64,000 nucleotides of DNA from NCBI RefSeq assembly GCF_009914755.1, contig NC_060942.1, one strand, 5' to 3'. The translations under genes were made by a program, and so were the position numbers. The notes under the pieces are model-generated. The model made no database searches. It saw only the letters and a list, made by a program, of their open reading frames with translations, and was not told where the DNA came from. Positions 11,101-26,445 of the stretch are shown piece by piece (the stretch's first letter is position 1; the number at the start of each line of letters is the position of its first letter). Source of the stretch: the human T2T-CHM13v2.0 reference genome, Homo sapiens.

Positions 11101-14100
11101 ACATTTCTTTAGACAGAACAGTTTTGAAACACTCTTTTTGTGGAATCTGCAAGTGGCTATTTGGCTAGATTTGAGGATTTCGTTGGAAACGGGATTACAT
11201 ATAAAAAGCAGTCAGCAGCATTCTCAGAAAGTTCTTTGTGATGATTGCATTCAAGTCACAGAATTGAACATTCCCTTTCACAGAGCAGGTTTGAAACACT
11301 CTTTTTGTAGTGTGTGTAAGTGGACATTTGGAGCACTTACCGGCCTAAGGTGAAAAAGGAAATATCTTCCCATAAAAACTAGACAGAAGCATTCTCAGAA
11401 ACTTACTCGTGATGTGTGTCCTCAACTAAAGGAGTAGAACCTTTCTTTTCATAGAGAAGTTTTGAAACGCTCTTTTTGTGGAATCTGCAAGTGGATATTT
11501 GGCTAGTTTTGAGGATTTCGTTGGAAGCGGGAATTCATACAAATTGCAGACTGCAGCGTTCTGAGAAACATCTTTGTGATGTTTGTATTCAGGACACAGA
11601 GTTGAACATTCCCTATCATAGAGCAGGTTGGAATCACTCCTTTTGTAGTATCTGGAAGTGGACATTTGGAGCGCTTTCAGGCCTATGTTGGAAAAGGAAA
11701 TATCTTCCCATAACAACTAGACAGAAGCATTCTCAGAAACTTATTTGAGATGTGTGTACTCAACTAAGAGAATTGAACCACCGTTTTGAAGGAGCAGTTT
11801 TGAAACTCTCTTTTTCTGGAATCTGCAAGTGGATATTTGGCTAGCTTTGGGGATTTCGCTGGAAGCGGGAATACATATAAAAAGCACACAGCAGCGTTCT
11901 GAGAAACTGCTTTCTGATGTTTGCATTCAAGTCAAAAGTTGAACACTCCCTTTCATAGAGCAGTCTTGAAACACCCCTTTTGTAGTATCTGGAACTGGAC
12001 TTTTGGAGCGATTTCAGGGCTAAGGTGAAAAAGGAAATATCTTCCCATAAAAACTGGACAGAAGCATTCTCAGAAACTTGGTTATGCTGTATCTACTCAA
12101 CTAACAAAGTTGAACCTTTCTTTTGATAGAGCAGTTTTGAAATGGTCTTTTTGTGGAATCTGCAAGTGGATATTTGGCTAGTTTTGAGGATTTCGTTGGA
12201 AGCGGGAATTCATACAAATTGCAGACTGCAGCGTTCTGAGAAACATCTTTGTGATGTTTGTATTCAGGACACAGAGTTGAACATTCCCTATCATAGAGCA
12301 GGTTGGAATCACTCCTTTTGTAGTATCTGGAAGTGGACATTTGGAGCGCTTTCAGGCCTATTTTGGAAAGGGAAATATCTTCCCGTAACAACTATGCAGA
12401 AGCATTCTCAGAAACTTGTTTGTGATGTGTGCCCTCTACTGACAGAGTTGAACCTTTCTTTTCATAGAGCAGTTTTGAAACACTCTTTTTGTAGAATCTG
12501 CAAGAGGATATTTGCATAGCTTTGAGGATTTCGTGGGAAACGGGATTGTCTTCAGGTAAAATCTAGACAGAAGCATTCTCAGAAACTTCTTTGGGATGTT
12601 TGCATTCAAGTCACAGAGTAGAACATTCCCTTTGGTAGAGCAGGTTTGAAACACTCTTTTTGTAGTATCTGGAAGTGGACATTTGGAGCGCTTTCAGGCC
12701 CATGTTGGAAAGGGAAATATCTTCCCGTAACAACTAGGCAGAAGCATTCTCAGAAACTTATTTGAGATGTGTGTACTCAACTAAGAGAATTGAACCACCG
12801 TTTTGAAGGAGCAGTTTTGAAACACTCTTTTTCTGGAATCTGCAAGAGTATATTTGCCTAGCCTTGAGGATTTCGTTGGAAACGGGATTGTCTTCAGAGA
12901 AAATCTAGACAGAAGCATTCTCAGAAACTTCTTTGGGATGTTTGCATTCAAGTCACAGAGTAGAACATTCCCTTTGGTAGAGCAGGTTTGAAACACTCTT
13001 TTTTTAGTATATGGAAGTGGACATTTTGATCGCTTTCAGGCCTACGTTGGAAAAGGAAATATCTTCCCATAACAACTAGACAGAAGCATTCTCAGAAACT
13101 AGTTTCTGATGTGTGTCCTCAACTAACACAGTTGAACATTTCTTTAGACAGAACAGTTTTGAAACACTCTTTTTGTGGAATCTGCAAGTGGCTATTTGGC
13201 TAGATTTGAGGATTTCGTTGGAAACGGGATTACATATAAAAAGCAGTCAGCAGCATTCTCAGAAAGTTCTTTGTGATGATTGCATTCAAGTCACAGAATT
13301 GAACATTCCCTTTCACAGAGCAGGTTTGAAACACTCTTTTTGTAGTGTGTGTAAGTGGACATTTGGAGCACTTACCGGCCTAAGGTGAAAAAGGAAATAT
13401 CTTCCCATAAAAACTAGACAGAAGCATTCTCAGAAACTTACTCGTGATGTGTGTCCTCAACTAAAGGAGTAGAACCTTTCTTTTCATAGAGAAGTTTTGA
13501 AACGCTCTTTTTGTGGAATCTGCAAGTGGATATTTGGCTAGTTTTGAGGATTTCGTTGGAAGCGGGAATTCATACAAATTGCAGACTGCAGCGTTCTGAG
13601 AAACATCTTTGTGATGTTTGTATTCAGGACACAGAGTTGAACATTCCCTATCATAGAGCAGGTTGGAATCACTCCTTTTGTAGTATCTGGAAGTGGACAT
13701 TTGGAGCGCTTTCAGGCCTATGTTGGAAAAGGAAATATCTTCCCATAACAACTAGACAGAAGCATTCTCAGAAACTTATTTGAGATGTGTGTACTCAACT
13801 AAGAGAATTGAACCACCGTTTTGAAGGAGCAGTTTTGACACACTCTTTTTCTGGAATCTGCAAGTGGATATTTGGCTAGCTTTGGGGATTTCGCTGGAAG
13901 CGGGAATACATATAAAAAGCACACAGCAGCGTTCTGAGAAACTGCTTTCTGATGTTTGCATTCAAGTCAAAAGTTGAACACTCCCTTTCATAGAGCAGTC
14001 TTGAAACACCCCTTTTGTAGTATCTGGAACTGGACTTTTGGAGCGATTTCAGGGCTAAGGTGAAAAAGGAAATATCTTCCCATAAAAACTGGACAGAAGC

Positions 14101-17100
14101 ATTCTCAGAAACTTGTTTATGCTGTATCTACTCAACTAACAAAGTTGAACCTTTCTTTTGATAGAGCAGTTTTGAAATGGTCTTTTTGTGGAATCTGCAA
14201 GTGGATATTTGGCTAGTTTTGAGGATTTCGTTGGAAGCGGGAATTCATACAAATTGCAGACTGCAGCGTTCTGAGAAACATCTTTGTGATGTTTGTATTC
14301 AGGACACAGAGTTGAACATTCCCTATCATAGAGCAGGTTGGAATCACTCCTTTTGTAGTATCTGGAAGTGGACATTTGGAGCGCTTTCAGGCCTATTTTG
14401 GAAAGGGAAATATCTTCCCGTAACAACTATGCAGAAGCATTCTCAGAAACTTGTTTGTGATGTGTGCCCTCTACTGACAGAGTTGAACCTTTCTTTTCAT
14501 AGAGCAGTTTTGAAACACTCTTTTTGTAGAATCTGCAAGAGGATATTTGCATAGCTTTGAGGATTTCGTGGGAAACGGGATTGTCTTCAGGTAAAATCTA
14601 GACAGAAGCATTCTCAGAAACTTCTTTGGGATGTTTGCATTCAAGTCACAGAGTAGAACATTCCCTTTGGTAGAGCAGGTTTGAAACACTCTTTTTGTAG
14701 TATCTGGAAGTGGACATTTGGAGCGCTTTCAGGCCCATGTTGGAAAGGGAAATATCTTCCCGTAACAACTAGGCAGAAGCATTCTCAGAAACTTATTTGA
14801 GATGTGTGTACTCAACTAAGAGAATTGAACCACCGTTTTGAAGGAGCAGTTTTGAAACACTCTTTTTCTGGAATCTGCAAGAGTATATTTGCCTAGCCTT
14901 GAGGATTTCGTTGGAAACGGGATTGTCTTCAGAGAAAATCTAGACAGAAGCATTCTCAGAAACTTCTTTGGGATGTTTGCATTCAAGTCACAGAGTAGAA
15001 CATTCCCTTTGGTAGAGCAGGTTTGAAACACTCTTTTTTTAGTATATGGAAGTGGACATTTTGATCGCTTTCAGGCCTACGTTGGAAAAGGAAATATCTT
15101 CCCATAACAACTAGACAGAAGCATTCTCAGAAACTAGTTTCTGATGTGTGTCCTCAACTAACACAGTTGAACATTTCTTTAGACAGAACAGTTTTGAAAC
15201 ACTCTTTTTGTGGAATCTGCAAGTGGCTATTTGGCTAGATTTGAGGATTTCGTTGGAAACGGGATTACATATAAAAAGCAGTCAGCAGCATTCTCAGAAA
15301 GTTCTTTGTGATGATTGCATTCAAGTCACAGAATTGAACATTCCCTTTCACAGAGCAGGTTTGAAACACTCTTTTTGTAGTGTGTGTAAGTGGACATTTG
15401 GAGCACTTACCGGCCTAAGGTGAAAAAGGAAATATCTTCCCATAAAAACTAGACAGAAGCATTCTCAGAAACTTACTCGTGATGTGTGTCCTCAACTAAA
15501 GGAGTAGAACCTTTCTTTTCATAGAGAAGTTTTGAAACGCTCTTTTTGTGGAATCTGCAAGTGGATATTTGGCTAGTTTTGAGGATTTCGTTGGAAGCGG
15601 GAATTCATACAAATTGCAGACTGCAGCGTTCTGAGAAACATCTTTGTGATGTTTGTATTCAGGACACAGAGTTGAACATTCCCTATCATAGAGCAGGTTG
15701 GAATCACTCCTTTTGTAGTATCTGGAAGTGGACATTTGGAGCGCTTTCAGGCCTATGTTGGAAAAGGAAATATCTTCCCATAACAACTAGACAGAAGCAT
15801 TCTCAGAAACTTATTTGAGATGTGTGTACTCAACTAAGAGAATTGAACCACCGTTTTGAAGGAGCAGTTTTGAAACTCTCTTTTTCTGGAATCTGCAAGT
15901 GGATATTTGGCTAGCTTTGGGGATTTCGCTGGAAGCGGGAATACATATAAAAAGCACACAGCAGCGTTCTGAGAAACTGCTTTCTGATGTTTGCATTCAA
16001 GTCAAAAGTTGAACACTCCCTTTCATAGAGCAGTCTTGAAACACCCCTTTTGTAGTATCTGGAACTGGACTTTTGGAGCGATTTCAGGGCTAAGGTGAAA
16101 AAGGAAATATCTTCCCATAAAAACTGGACAGAAGCATTCTCAGAAACTTGGTTATGCTGTATCTACTCAACTAACAAAGTTGAAACTTTCTTTTGATAGA
16201 GCAGTTTTGAAATGGTCTTTTTGTGGAATCTGCAAGTGGATATTTGGCTAGTTTTGAGGATTTCGTTGGAAGCGGGAATTCATACAAATTGCAGACTGCA
16301 GCGTTCTGAGAAACATCTTTGTGATGTTTGTATTCAGGACACAGAGTTGAACATTCCCTATCATAGAGCAGGTTGGAATCACTCCTTTTGTAGTATCTGG
16401 AAGTGGACATTTGGAGCGCTTTCAGGCCTATTTTGGAAAGGGAAATATCTTCCCGTAACAACTATGCAGAAGCATTCTCAGAAACTTGTTTGTGATGTGT
16501 GCCCTCTACTGACAGAGTTGAACCTTTCTTTTCATAGAGCAGTTTTGAAACACTCTTTTTGTAGAATCTGCAAGAGGATATTTGCATAGCTTTGAGGATT
16601 TCGTGGGAAACGGGATTGTCTTCAGGTAAAATCTAGACAGAAGCATTCTCAGAAACTTCTTTGGGATGTTTGCATTCAAGTCACAGAGTAGAACATTCCC
16701 TTTGGTAGAGCAGGTTTGAAACACTCTTTTTGTAGTATCTGGAAGTGGACATTTGGAGCGCTTTCAGGCCCATGTTGGAAAGGGAAATATCTTCCCGTAA
16801 CAACTAGGCAGAAGCATTCTCAGAAACTTATTTGAGATGTGTGTACTCAACTAAGAGAATTGAACCACCGTTTTGAAGGAGCAGTTTTGAAACACTCTTT
16901 TTCTGGAATCTGCAAGAGTATATTTGCCTAGCCTTGAGGATTTCGTTGGAAACGGGATTGTCTTCAGAGAAAATCTAGACAGAAGCATTCTCAGAAACTT
17001 CTTTGGGATGTTTGCATTCAAGTCACAGAGTAGAACATTCCCTTTGGTAGAGCAGGTTTGAAACACTCTTTTTTTAGTATATGGAAGTGGACATTTTGAT

Positions 17101-20100
17101 CGCTTTCAGGCCTACGTTGGAAAAGGAAATATCTTCCCATAACAACTAGACAGAAGCATTCTCAGAAACTAGTTTCTGATGTGTGTCCTCAACTAACACA
17201 GTTGAACATTTCTTTAGACAGAACAGTTTTGAAACACTCTTTTTGTGGAATCTGCAAGTGGCTATTTGGCTAGATTTGAGGATTTCGTTGGAAACGGGAT
17301 TACATATAAAAAGCAGTCAGCAGCATTCTCAGAAAGTTCTTTGTGATGATTGCATTCAAGTCACAGAATTGAACATTCCCTTTCACAGAGCAGGTTTGAA
17401 ACACTCTTTTTGTAGTGTGTGTAAGTGGACATTTGGAGCACTTACCGGCCTAAGGTGAAAAAGGAAATATCTTCCCATAAAAACTAGACAGAAGCATTCT
17501 CAGAAACTTACTCGTGATGTGTGTCCTCAACTAAAGGAGTAGAACCTTTCTTTTCATAGAGAAGTTTTGAAACGCTCTTTTTGTGGAATCTGCAAGTGGA
17601 TATTTGGCTAGTTTTGAGGATTTCGTTGGAAGCGGGAATTCATACAAATTGCAGACTGCAGCGTTCTGAGAAACATCTTTGTGATGTTTGTATTCAGGAC
17701 ACAGAGTTGAACATTCCCTATCATAGAGCAGGTTGGAATCACTCCTTTTGTAGTATCTGGAAGTGGACATTTGGAGCGCTTTCAGGCCTATGTTGGAAAA
17801 GGAAATATCTTCCCATAACAACTAGACAGAAGCATTCTCAGAAACTTATTTGAGATGTGTGTACTCAACTAAGAGAATTGAACCACCGTTTTGAAGGAGC
17901 AGTTTTGAAACTCTCTTTTTCTGGAATCTGCAAGTGGATATTTGGCTAGCTTTGGGGATTTCGCTGGAAGCGGGAATACATATAAAAAGCACACAGCAGC
18001 GTTCTGAGAAACTGCTTTCTGATGTTTGCATTCAAGTCAAAAGTTGAACACTCCCTTTCATAGAGCAGTCTTGAAACACCCCTTTTGTAGTATCTGGAAC
18101 TGGACTTTTGGAGCGATTTCAGGGCTAAGGTGAAAAAGGAAATATCTTCCCATAAAAACTGGACAGAAGCATTCTCAGAAACTTGGTTATGCTGTATCTA
18201 CTCAACTAACAAAGTTGAACCTTTCTTTTGATAGAGCAGTTTTGAAATGGTCTTTTTGTGGAATCTGCAAGTGGATATTTGGCTAGTTTTGAGGATTTCG
18301 TTGGAAGCGGGAATTCATACAAATTGCAGACTGCAGCGTTCTGAGAAACATCTTTGTGATGTTTGTATTCAGGACACAGAGTTGAACATTCCCTATCATA
18401 GAGCAGGTTGGAATCACTCCTTTTGTAGTATCTGGAAGTGGACATTTGGAGCGCTTTCAGGCCTATTTTGGAAAGGGAAATATCTTCCCGTAACAACTAT
18501 GCAGAAGCATTCTCAGAAACTTGTTTGTGATGTGTGCCCTCTACTGACAGAGTTGAACCTTTCTTTTCATAGAGCAGTTTTGAAACACTCTTTTTGTAGA
18601 ATCTGCAAGAGGATATTTGCATAGCTTTGAGGATTTCGTGGGAAACGGGATTGTCTTCAGGTAAAATCTAGACAGAAGCATTCTCAGAAACTTCTTTGGG
18701 ATGTTTGCATTCAAGTCACAGAGTAGAACATTCCCTTTGGTAGAGCAGGTTTGAAACACTCTTTTTGTAGTATCTGGAAGTGGACATTTGGAGCGCTTTC
18801 AGGCCCATGTTGGAAAGGGAAATATCTTCCCGTAACAACTAGGCAGAAGCATTCTCAGAAACTTATTTGAGATGTGTGTACTCAACTAAGAGAATTGAAC
18901 CACCGTTTTGAAGGAGCAGTTTTGAAACACTCTTTTTCTGGAATCTGCAAGAGTATATTTGCCTAGCCTTGAGGATTTCGTTGGAAACGGGATTGTCTTC
19001 AGAGAAAATCTAGACAGAAGTATTCTCAGAAACTTCTTTGGGATGTTTGCATTCAAGTCACAGAGTAGAACATTCCCTTTGGTAGAGCAGGTTTGAAACA
19101 CTCTTTTTGTAGTATCTGGAAGTGGACATTTGGAGCGCTTTCAGGCCTACGTTGGAAAAGGAAATATCTTCCCATAACAACTAGACAGAAGCATTCTCAG
19201 AAACTAGTTTCTGATGTGTGTTCTCAACTAACACAGTTGAACATTTCTTTAGACAGAACAGTTTTGAAACACTCTTTTTGTGGAATCTGCAAGTGGCTAT
19301 TTGGCTAGATTTGAGGATTTCGTTGGAAACGGGATTACATATAAAAAGCAGTCAGCAGCATTCTCAGAAAGTTCTTTGTGATGATTGCATTCAAGTCACA
19401 GAATTGAACATTCCCTTTCACAGAGCAGGTTTGAAACACTCTTTTTGTAGTGTGTGTAAGTGGACATTTGGAGCACTTACCGGCCTAAGGTGAAAAAGGA
19501 AATATCTTCCCATAAAAACTAGACAGAAGCATTCTCAGAAACTTACTCGTGATGTGTGTCCTCAACTAAAGGAGTAGAACCTTTCTTTTCATAGAGAAGT
19601 TTTGAAACGCTCTTTTTGTGGAATCTGCAAGTGGATATTTGGCTAGTTTTGAGGATTTCGTTGGAAGCGGGAATTCATACAAATTGCAGACTGCAGCGTT
19701 CTGAGAAACATCTTTGTGATGTTTGTATTCAGGACACAGAGTTGAACATTCCCTATCATAGAGCAGGTTTGAATCACTCCTTTTGTAGTATCTGGAAGTG
19801 GACATTTGGAGCGCTTTCAGGCCTATGTTGGAAAAGGAAATATCTTCCCATAACAACTAGACAGAAGCATTCTCAGAAACTTATTTGAGATGTGTGTACT
19901 CAACTAAGAGAATTGAACCACCGTTTTGAAGGAGCAGTTTTGAAACTCTCTTTTTCTGGAATCTGCAAGTGGATATTTGGCTAGCTTTGGGGATTTCGCT
20001 GGAAGCGGGAATACATATAAAAAGCACACAGCAGCGTTCTGAGAAACTGCTTTCTGATGTTTGCATTCAAGTCAAAAGTTGAACACTCCCTTTCATAGAG

Positions 20101-23100
20101 CAGTCTTGAAACACCCCTTTTGTAGTATCTGGAACTGGACTTTTGGAGCGATTTCAGGGCTAAGGTGAAAAAGGAAATATCTTCCCATAAAAACTGGACA
20201 GAAGCATTCTCAGAAACTTGGTTATGCTGTATCTACTCAACTAACAAAGTTGAACCTTTCTTTTGATAGAGCAGTTTTGAAATGGTCTTTTTGTGGAATC
20301 TGCAAGTGGATATTTGGCTAGTTTTGAGGATTTCGTTGGAAGCGGGAATTCATACAAATTGCAGACTGCAGCGTTCTGAGAAACATCTTTGTGATGTTTG
20401 TATTCAGGACACAGAGTTGAACATTCCCTATCATAGAGCAGGTTGGAATCACTCCTTTTGTAGTATCTGGAAGTGGACATTTGGAGCGCTTTCAGGCCTA
20501 TTTTGGAAAGGGAAATATCTTCCCGTAACAACTATGCAGAAGCATTCTCAGAAACTTGTTTGTGATGTGTGCCCTCTACTGACAGAGTTGAACCTTTCTT
20601 TTCATAGAGCAGTTTTGAAACACTCTTTTTGTAGAATCTGCAAGAGGATATTTGCATAGCTTTGAGGATTTCGTGGGAAACGGGATTGTCTTCAGGTAAA
20701 ATCTAGACAGAAGCATTCTCAGAAACTTCTTTGGGATGTTTGCATTCAAGTCACAGAGTAGAACATTCCCTTTGGTAGAGCAGGTTTGAAACACTCTTTT
20801 TGTAGTATCTGGAAGTGGACATTTGGAGCGCTTTCAGGCCCATGTTGGAAAGGGAAATATCTTCCCGTAACAACTAGGCAGAAGCATTCTCAGAAACTTA
20901 TTTGAGATGTGTGTACTCAACTAAGAGAATTGAACCACCGTTTTGAAGGAGCAGTTTTGAAACACTCTTTTTCTGGAATCTGCAAGAGTATATTTGCCTA
21001 GCCTTGAGGATTTCGTTGGAAACGGGATTGTCTTCAGAGAAAATCTAGACAGAAGCATTCTCAGAAACTTCTTTGGGATGTTTGCATTCAAGTCACAGAG
21101 TAGAACATTCCCTTTGGTAGAGCAGGTTTGAAACACTCTTTTTTTAGTATATGGAAGTGGACATTTGGATCGCTTTCAGGCCTACGTTGGAAAAGGAAAT
21201 ATCTTCCCATAACAACTAGACAGAAGCATTCTCAGAAACTAGTTTCTGATGTGTGTCCTCAACTAACACAGTTGAACATTTCTTTAGACAGAACAGTTTT
21301 GAAACACTCTTTTTGTGGAATCTGCAAGTGGCTATTTGGCTAGATTTGAGGATTTCGTTGGAAACGGGATTACATATAAAAAGCAGTCAGCAGCATTCTC
21401 AGAAAGTTCTTTGTGATGATTGCATTCAAGTCACAGAATTGAACATTCCCTTTCACAGAGCAGGTTTGAAACACTCTTTTTGTAGTGTGTGTAAGTGGAC
21501 ATTTGGAGCACTTACCGGCCTAAGGTGAAAAAGGAAATATCTTCCCATAAAAACTAGACAGAAGCATTCTCAGAAACTTACTCGTGATGTGTGTCCTCAA
21601 CTAAAGGAGTAGAACCTTTCTTTTCATAGAGAAGTTTTGAAACGCTCTTTTTGTGGAATCTGCAAGTGGATATTTGGCTAGTTTTGAGGATTTCGTTGGA
21701 AGCGGGAATTCATACAAATTGCAGACTGCAGCGTTCTGAGAAACATCTTTGTGATGTTTGTATTCAGGACACAGAGTTGAACATTCCCTATCATAGAGCA
21801 GGTTGGAATCACTCCTTTTGTAGTATCTGGAAGTGGACATTTGGAGCGCTTTCAGGCCTATGTTGGAAAAGGAAATATCTTCCCATAACAACTAGACAGA
21901 AGCATTCTCAGAAACTTATTTGAGATGTGTGTACTCAACTAAGAGAATTGAACCACCGTTTTGAAGGAGCAGTTTTGAAACTCTCTTTTTCTGGAATCTG
22001 CAAGTGGATATTTGGCTAGCTTTGGGGATTTCGCTGGAAGCGGGAATACATATAAAAAGCACACAGCAGCGTTCTGAGAAACTGCTTTCTGATGTTTGCA
22101 TTCAAGTCAAAAGTTGAACACTCCCTTTCATAGAGCAGTCTTGAAACACCCCTTTTGTAGTATCTGGAACTGGACTTTTGGAGCGATTTCAGGGCTAAGG
22201 TGAAAAAGGAAATATCTTCCCATAAAAACTGGACAGAAGCATTCTCAGAAACTTGGTTATGCTGTATCTACTCAACTAACAAAGTTGAAACTTTCTTTTG
22301 ATAGAGCAGTTTTGAAATGGTCTTTTTGTGGAATCTGCAAGTGGATATTTGGCTAGTTTTGAGGATTTCGTTGGAAGCGGGAATTCATACAAATTGCAGA
22401 CTGCAGCGTTCTGAGAAACATCTTTGTGATGTTTGTATTCAGGACACAGAGTTGAACATTCCCTATCATAGAGCAGGTTGGAATCACTCCTTTTGTAGTA
22501 TCTGGAAGTGGACATTTGGAGCGCTTTCAGGCCTATTTTGGAAAGGGAAATATCTTCCCGTAACAACTATGCAGAAGCATTCTCAGAAACTTGTTTGTGA
22601 TGTGTGCCCTCTACTGACAGAGTTGAACCTTTCTTTTCATAGAGCAGTTTTGAAACACTCTTTTTGTAGAATCTGCAAGAGGATATTTGCATAGCTTTGA
22701 GGATTTCGTGGGAAACGGGATTGTCTTCAGGTAAAATCTAGACAGAAGCATTCTCAGAAACTTCTTTGGGATGTTTGCATTCAAGTCACAGAGTAGAACA
22801 TTCCCTTTGGTAGAGCAGGTTTGAAACACTCTTTTTGTAGTATCTGGAAGTGGACATTTGGAGCGCTTTCAGGCCCATGTTGGAAAGGGAAATATCTTCC
22901 CGTAACAACTAGGCAGAAGCATTCTCAGAAACTTATTTGAGATGTGTGTACTCAACTAAGAGAATTGAACCACCGTTTTGAAGGAGCAGTTTTGAAACAC
23001 TCTTTTTCTGGAATCTGCAAGAGTATATTTGCCTAGCCTTGAGGATTTCGTTGGAAACGGGATTGTCTTCAGAGAAAATCTAGACAGAAGCATTCTCAGA

Positions 23101-26100
23101 AACTTCTTTGGGATGTTTGCATTCAAGTCACAGAGTAGAACATTCCCTTTGGTAGAGCAGGTTTGAAACACTCTTTTTTTAGTATATGGAAGTGGACATT
23201 TTGATCGCTTTCAGGCCTACGTTGGAAAAGGAAATATCTTCCCATAACAACTAGACAGAAGCATTCTCAGAAACTAGTTTCTGATGTGTGTCCTCAACTA
23301 ACACAGTTGAACATTTCTTTAGACAGAACAGTTTTGAAACACTCTTTTTGTGGAATCTGCAAGTGGCTATTTGGCTAGATTTGAGGATTTCGTTGGAAAC
23401 GGGATTACATATAAAAAGCAGTCAGCAGCATTCTCAGAAAGTTCTTTGTGATGATTGCATTCAAGTCACAGAATTGAACATTCCCTTTCACAGAGCAGGT
23501 TTGAAACACTCTTTTTGTAGTGTGTGTAAGTGGACATTTGGAGCACTTACCGGCCTAAGGTGAAAAAGGAAATATCTTCCCATAAAAACTAGACAGAAGC
23601 ATTCTCAGAAACTTACTCGTGATGTGTGTCCTCAACTAAAGGAGTAGAACCTTTCTTTTCATAGAGAAGTTTTGAAACGCTCTTTTTGTGGAATCTGCAA
23701 GTGGATATTTGGCTAGTTTTGAGGATTTCGTTGGAAGCGGGAATTCATACAAATTGCAGACTGCAGCGTTCTGAGAAACATCTTTGTGATGTTTGTATTC
23801 AGGACACAGAGTTGAACATTCCCTATCATAGAGCAGGTTGGAATCACTCCTTTTGTAGTATCTGGAAGTGGACATTTGGAGCGCTTTCAGGCCTATGTTG
23901 GAAAAGGAAATATCTTCCCATAACAACTAGACAGAAGCATTCTCAGAAACTTATTTGAGATGTGTGTACTCAACTAAGAGAATTGAACCACCGTTTTGAA
24001 GGAGCAGTTTTGAAACTCTCTTTTTCTGGAATCTGCAAGTGGATATTTGGCTAGCTTTGGGGATTTCGCTGGAAGCGGGAATACATATAAAAAGCACACA
24101 GCAGCGTTCTGAGAAACTGCTTTCTGATGTTTGCATTCAAGTCAAAAGTTGAACACTCCCTTTCATAGAGCAGTCTTGAAACACCCCTTTTGTAGTATCT
24201 GGAACTGGACTTTTGGAGCGATTTCAGGGCTAAGGTGAAAAAGGAAATATCTTCCCATAAAAACTGGACAGAAGCATTCTCAGAAACTTGGTTATGCTGT
24301 ATCTACTCAACTAACAAAGTTGAACCTTTCTTTTGATAGAGCAGTTTTGAAATGGTCTTTTTGTGGAATCTGCAAGTGGATATTTGGCTAGTTTTGAGGA
24401 TTTCGTTGGAAGCGGGAATTCATACAAATTGCAGACTGCAGCGTTCTGAGAAACATCTTTGTGATGTTTGTATTCAGGACACAGAGTTGAACATTCCCTA
24501 TCATAGAGCAGGTTGGAATCACTCCTTTTGTAGTATCTGGAAGTGGACATTTGGAGCGCTTTCAGGCCTATTTTGGAAAGGGAAATATCTTCCCGTAACA
24601 ACTATGCAGAAGCATTCTCAGAAACTTGTTTGTGATGTGTGCCCTCTACTGACAGAGTTGAACCTTTCTTTTCATAGAGCAGTTTTGAAACACTCTTTTT
24701 GTAGAATCTGCAAGAGGATATTTGCATAGCTTTGAGGATTTCGTGGGAAACGGGATTGTCTTCAGGTAAAATCTAGACAGAAGCATTCTCAGAAACTTCT
24801 TTGGGATGTTTGCATTCAAGTCACAGAGTAGAACATTCCCTTTGGTAGAGCAGGTTTGAAACACTCTTTTTGTAGTATCTGGAAGTGGACATTTGGAGCG
24901 CTTTCAGGCCCATGTTGGAAAGGGAAATATCTTCCCGTAACAACTAGGCAGAAGCATTCTCAGAAACTTATTTGAGATGTGTGTACTCAACTAAGAGAAT
25001 TGAACCACCGTTTTGAAGGAGCAGTTTTGAAACACTCTTTTTCTGGAATCTGCAAGAGTATATTTGCCTAGCCTTGAGGATTTCGTTGGAAACGGGATTG
25101 TCTTCAGAGAAAATCTAGACAGAAGTATTCTCAGAAACTTCTTTGGGATGTTTGCATTCAAGTCACAGAGTAGAACATTCCCTTTGGTAGAGCAGGTTTG
25201 AAACACTCTTTTTGTAGTATCTGGAAGTGGACATTTGGAGCGCTTTCAGGCCTACGTTGGAAAAGGAAATATCTTCCCATAACAACTAGACAGAAGCATT
25301 CTCAGAAACTAGTTTCTGATGTGTGTTCTCAACTAACACAGTTGAACATTTCTTTAGACAGAACAGTTTTGAAACACTCTTTTTGTGGAATCTGCAAGTG
25401 GCTATTTGGCTAGATTTGAGGATTTCGTTGGAAACGGGATTACATATAAAAAGCAGTCAGCAGCATTCTCAGAAAGTTCTTTGTGATGATTGCATTCAAG
25501 TCACAGAATTGAACATTCCCTTTCACAGAGCAGGTTTGAAACACTCTTTTTGTAGTGTGTGTAAGTGGACATTTGGAGCACTTACCGGCCTAAGGTGAAA
25601 AAGGAAATATCTTCCCATAAAAACTAGACAGAAGCATTCTCAGAAACTTACTCGTGATGTGTGTCCTCAACTAAAGGAGTAGAACCTTTCTTTTCATAGA
25701 GAAGTTTTGAAACGCTCTTTTTGTGGAATCTGCAAGTGGATATTTGGCTAGTTTTGAGGATTTCGTTGGAAGCGGGAATTCATACAAATTGCAGACTGCA
25801 GCGTTCTGAGAAACATCTTTGTGATGTTTGTATTCAGGACACAGAGTTGAACATTCCCTATCATAGAGCAGGTTGGAATCACTCCTTTTGTAGTATCTGG
25901 AAGTGGACATTTGGAGCGCTTTCAGGCCTATGTTGGAAAAGGAAATATCTTCCCATAACAACTAGACAGAAGCATTCTCAGAAACTTATTTGAGATGTGT
26001 GTACTCAACTAAGAGAATTGAACCACCGTTTTGAAGGAGCAGTTTTGAAACTCTCTTTTTCTGGAATCTGCAAGTGGATATTTGGCTAGCTTTGGGGATT

Positions 26101-26445
26101 TCGCTGGAAGCGGGAATACATATAAAAAGCACACAGCAGCGTTCTGAGAAACTGCTTTCTGATGTTTGCATTCAAGTCAAAAGTTGAACACTCCCTTTCA
26201 TAGAGCAGTCTTGAAACACCCCTTTTGTAGTATCTGGAACTGGACTTTTGGAGCGATTTCAGGGCTAAGGTGAAAAAGGAAATATCTTCCCATAAAAACT
26301 GGACAGAAGCATTCTCAGAAACTTGGTTATGCTGTATCTACTCAACTAACAAAGTTGAACCTTTCTTTTGATAGAGCAGTTTTGAAATGGTCTTTTTGTG
26401 GAATCTGCAAGTGGATATTTGGCTAGTTTTGAGGATTTCGTTGGA
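8131..26445 (+). repeat. Nine tandem canonical 12-mer HORs (2035 bp each)
   Basis: The marker ORF at 8366, 10401, 12436 ... 24646, 26681 has a constant 2035-bp spacing. Confidence 0.97.
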
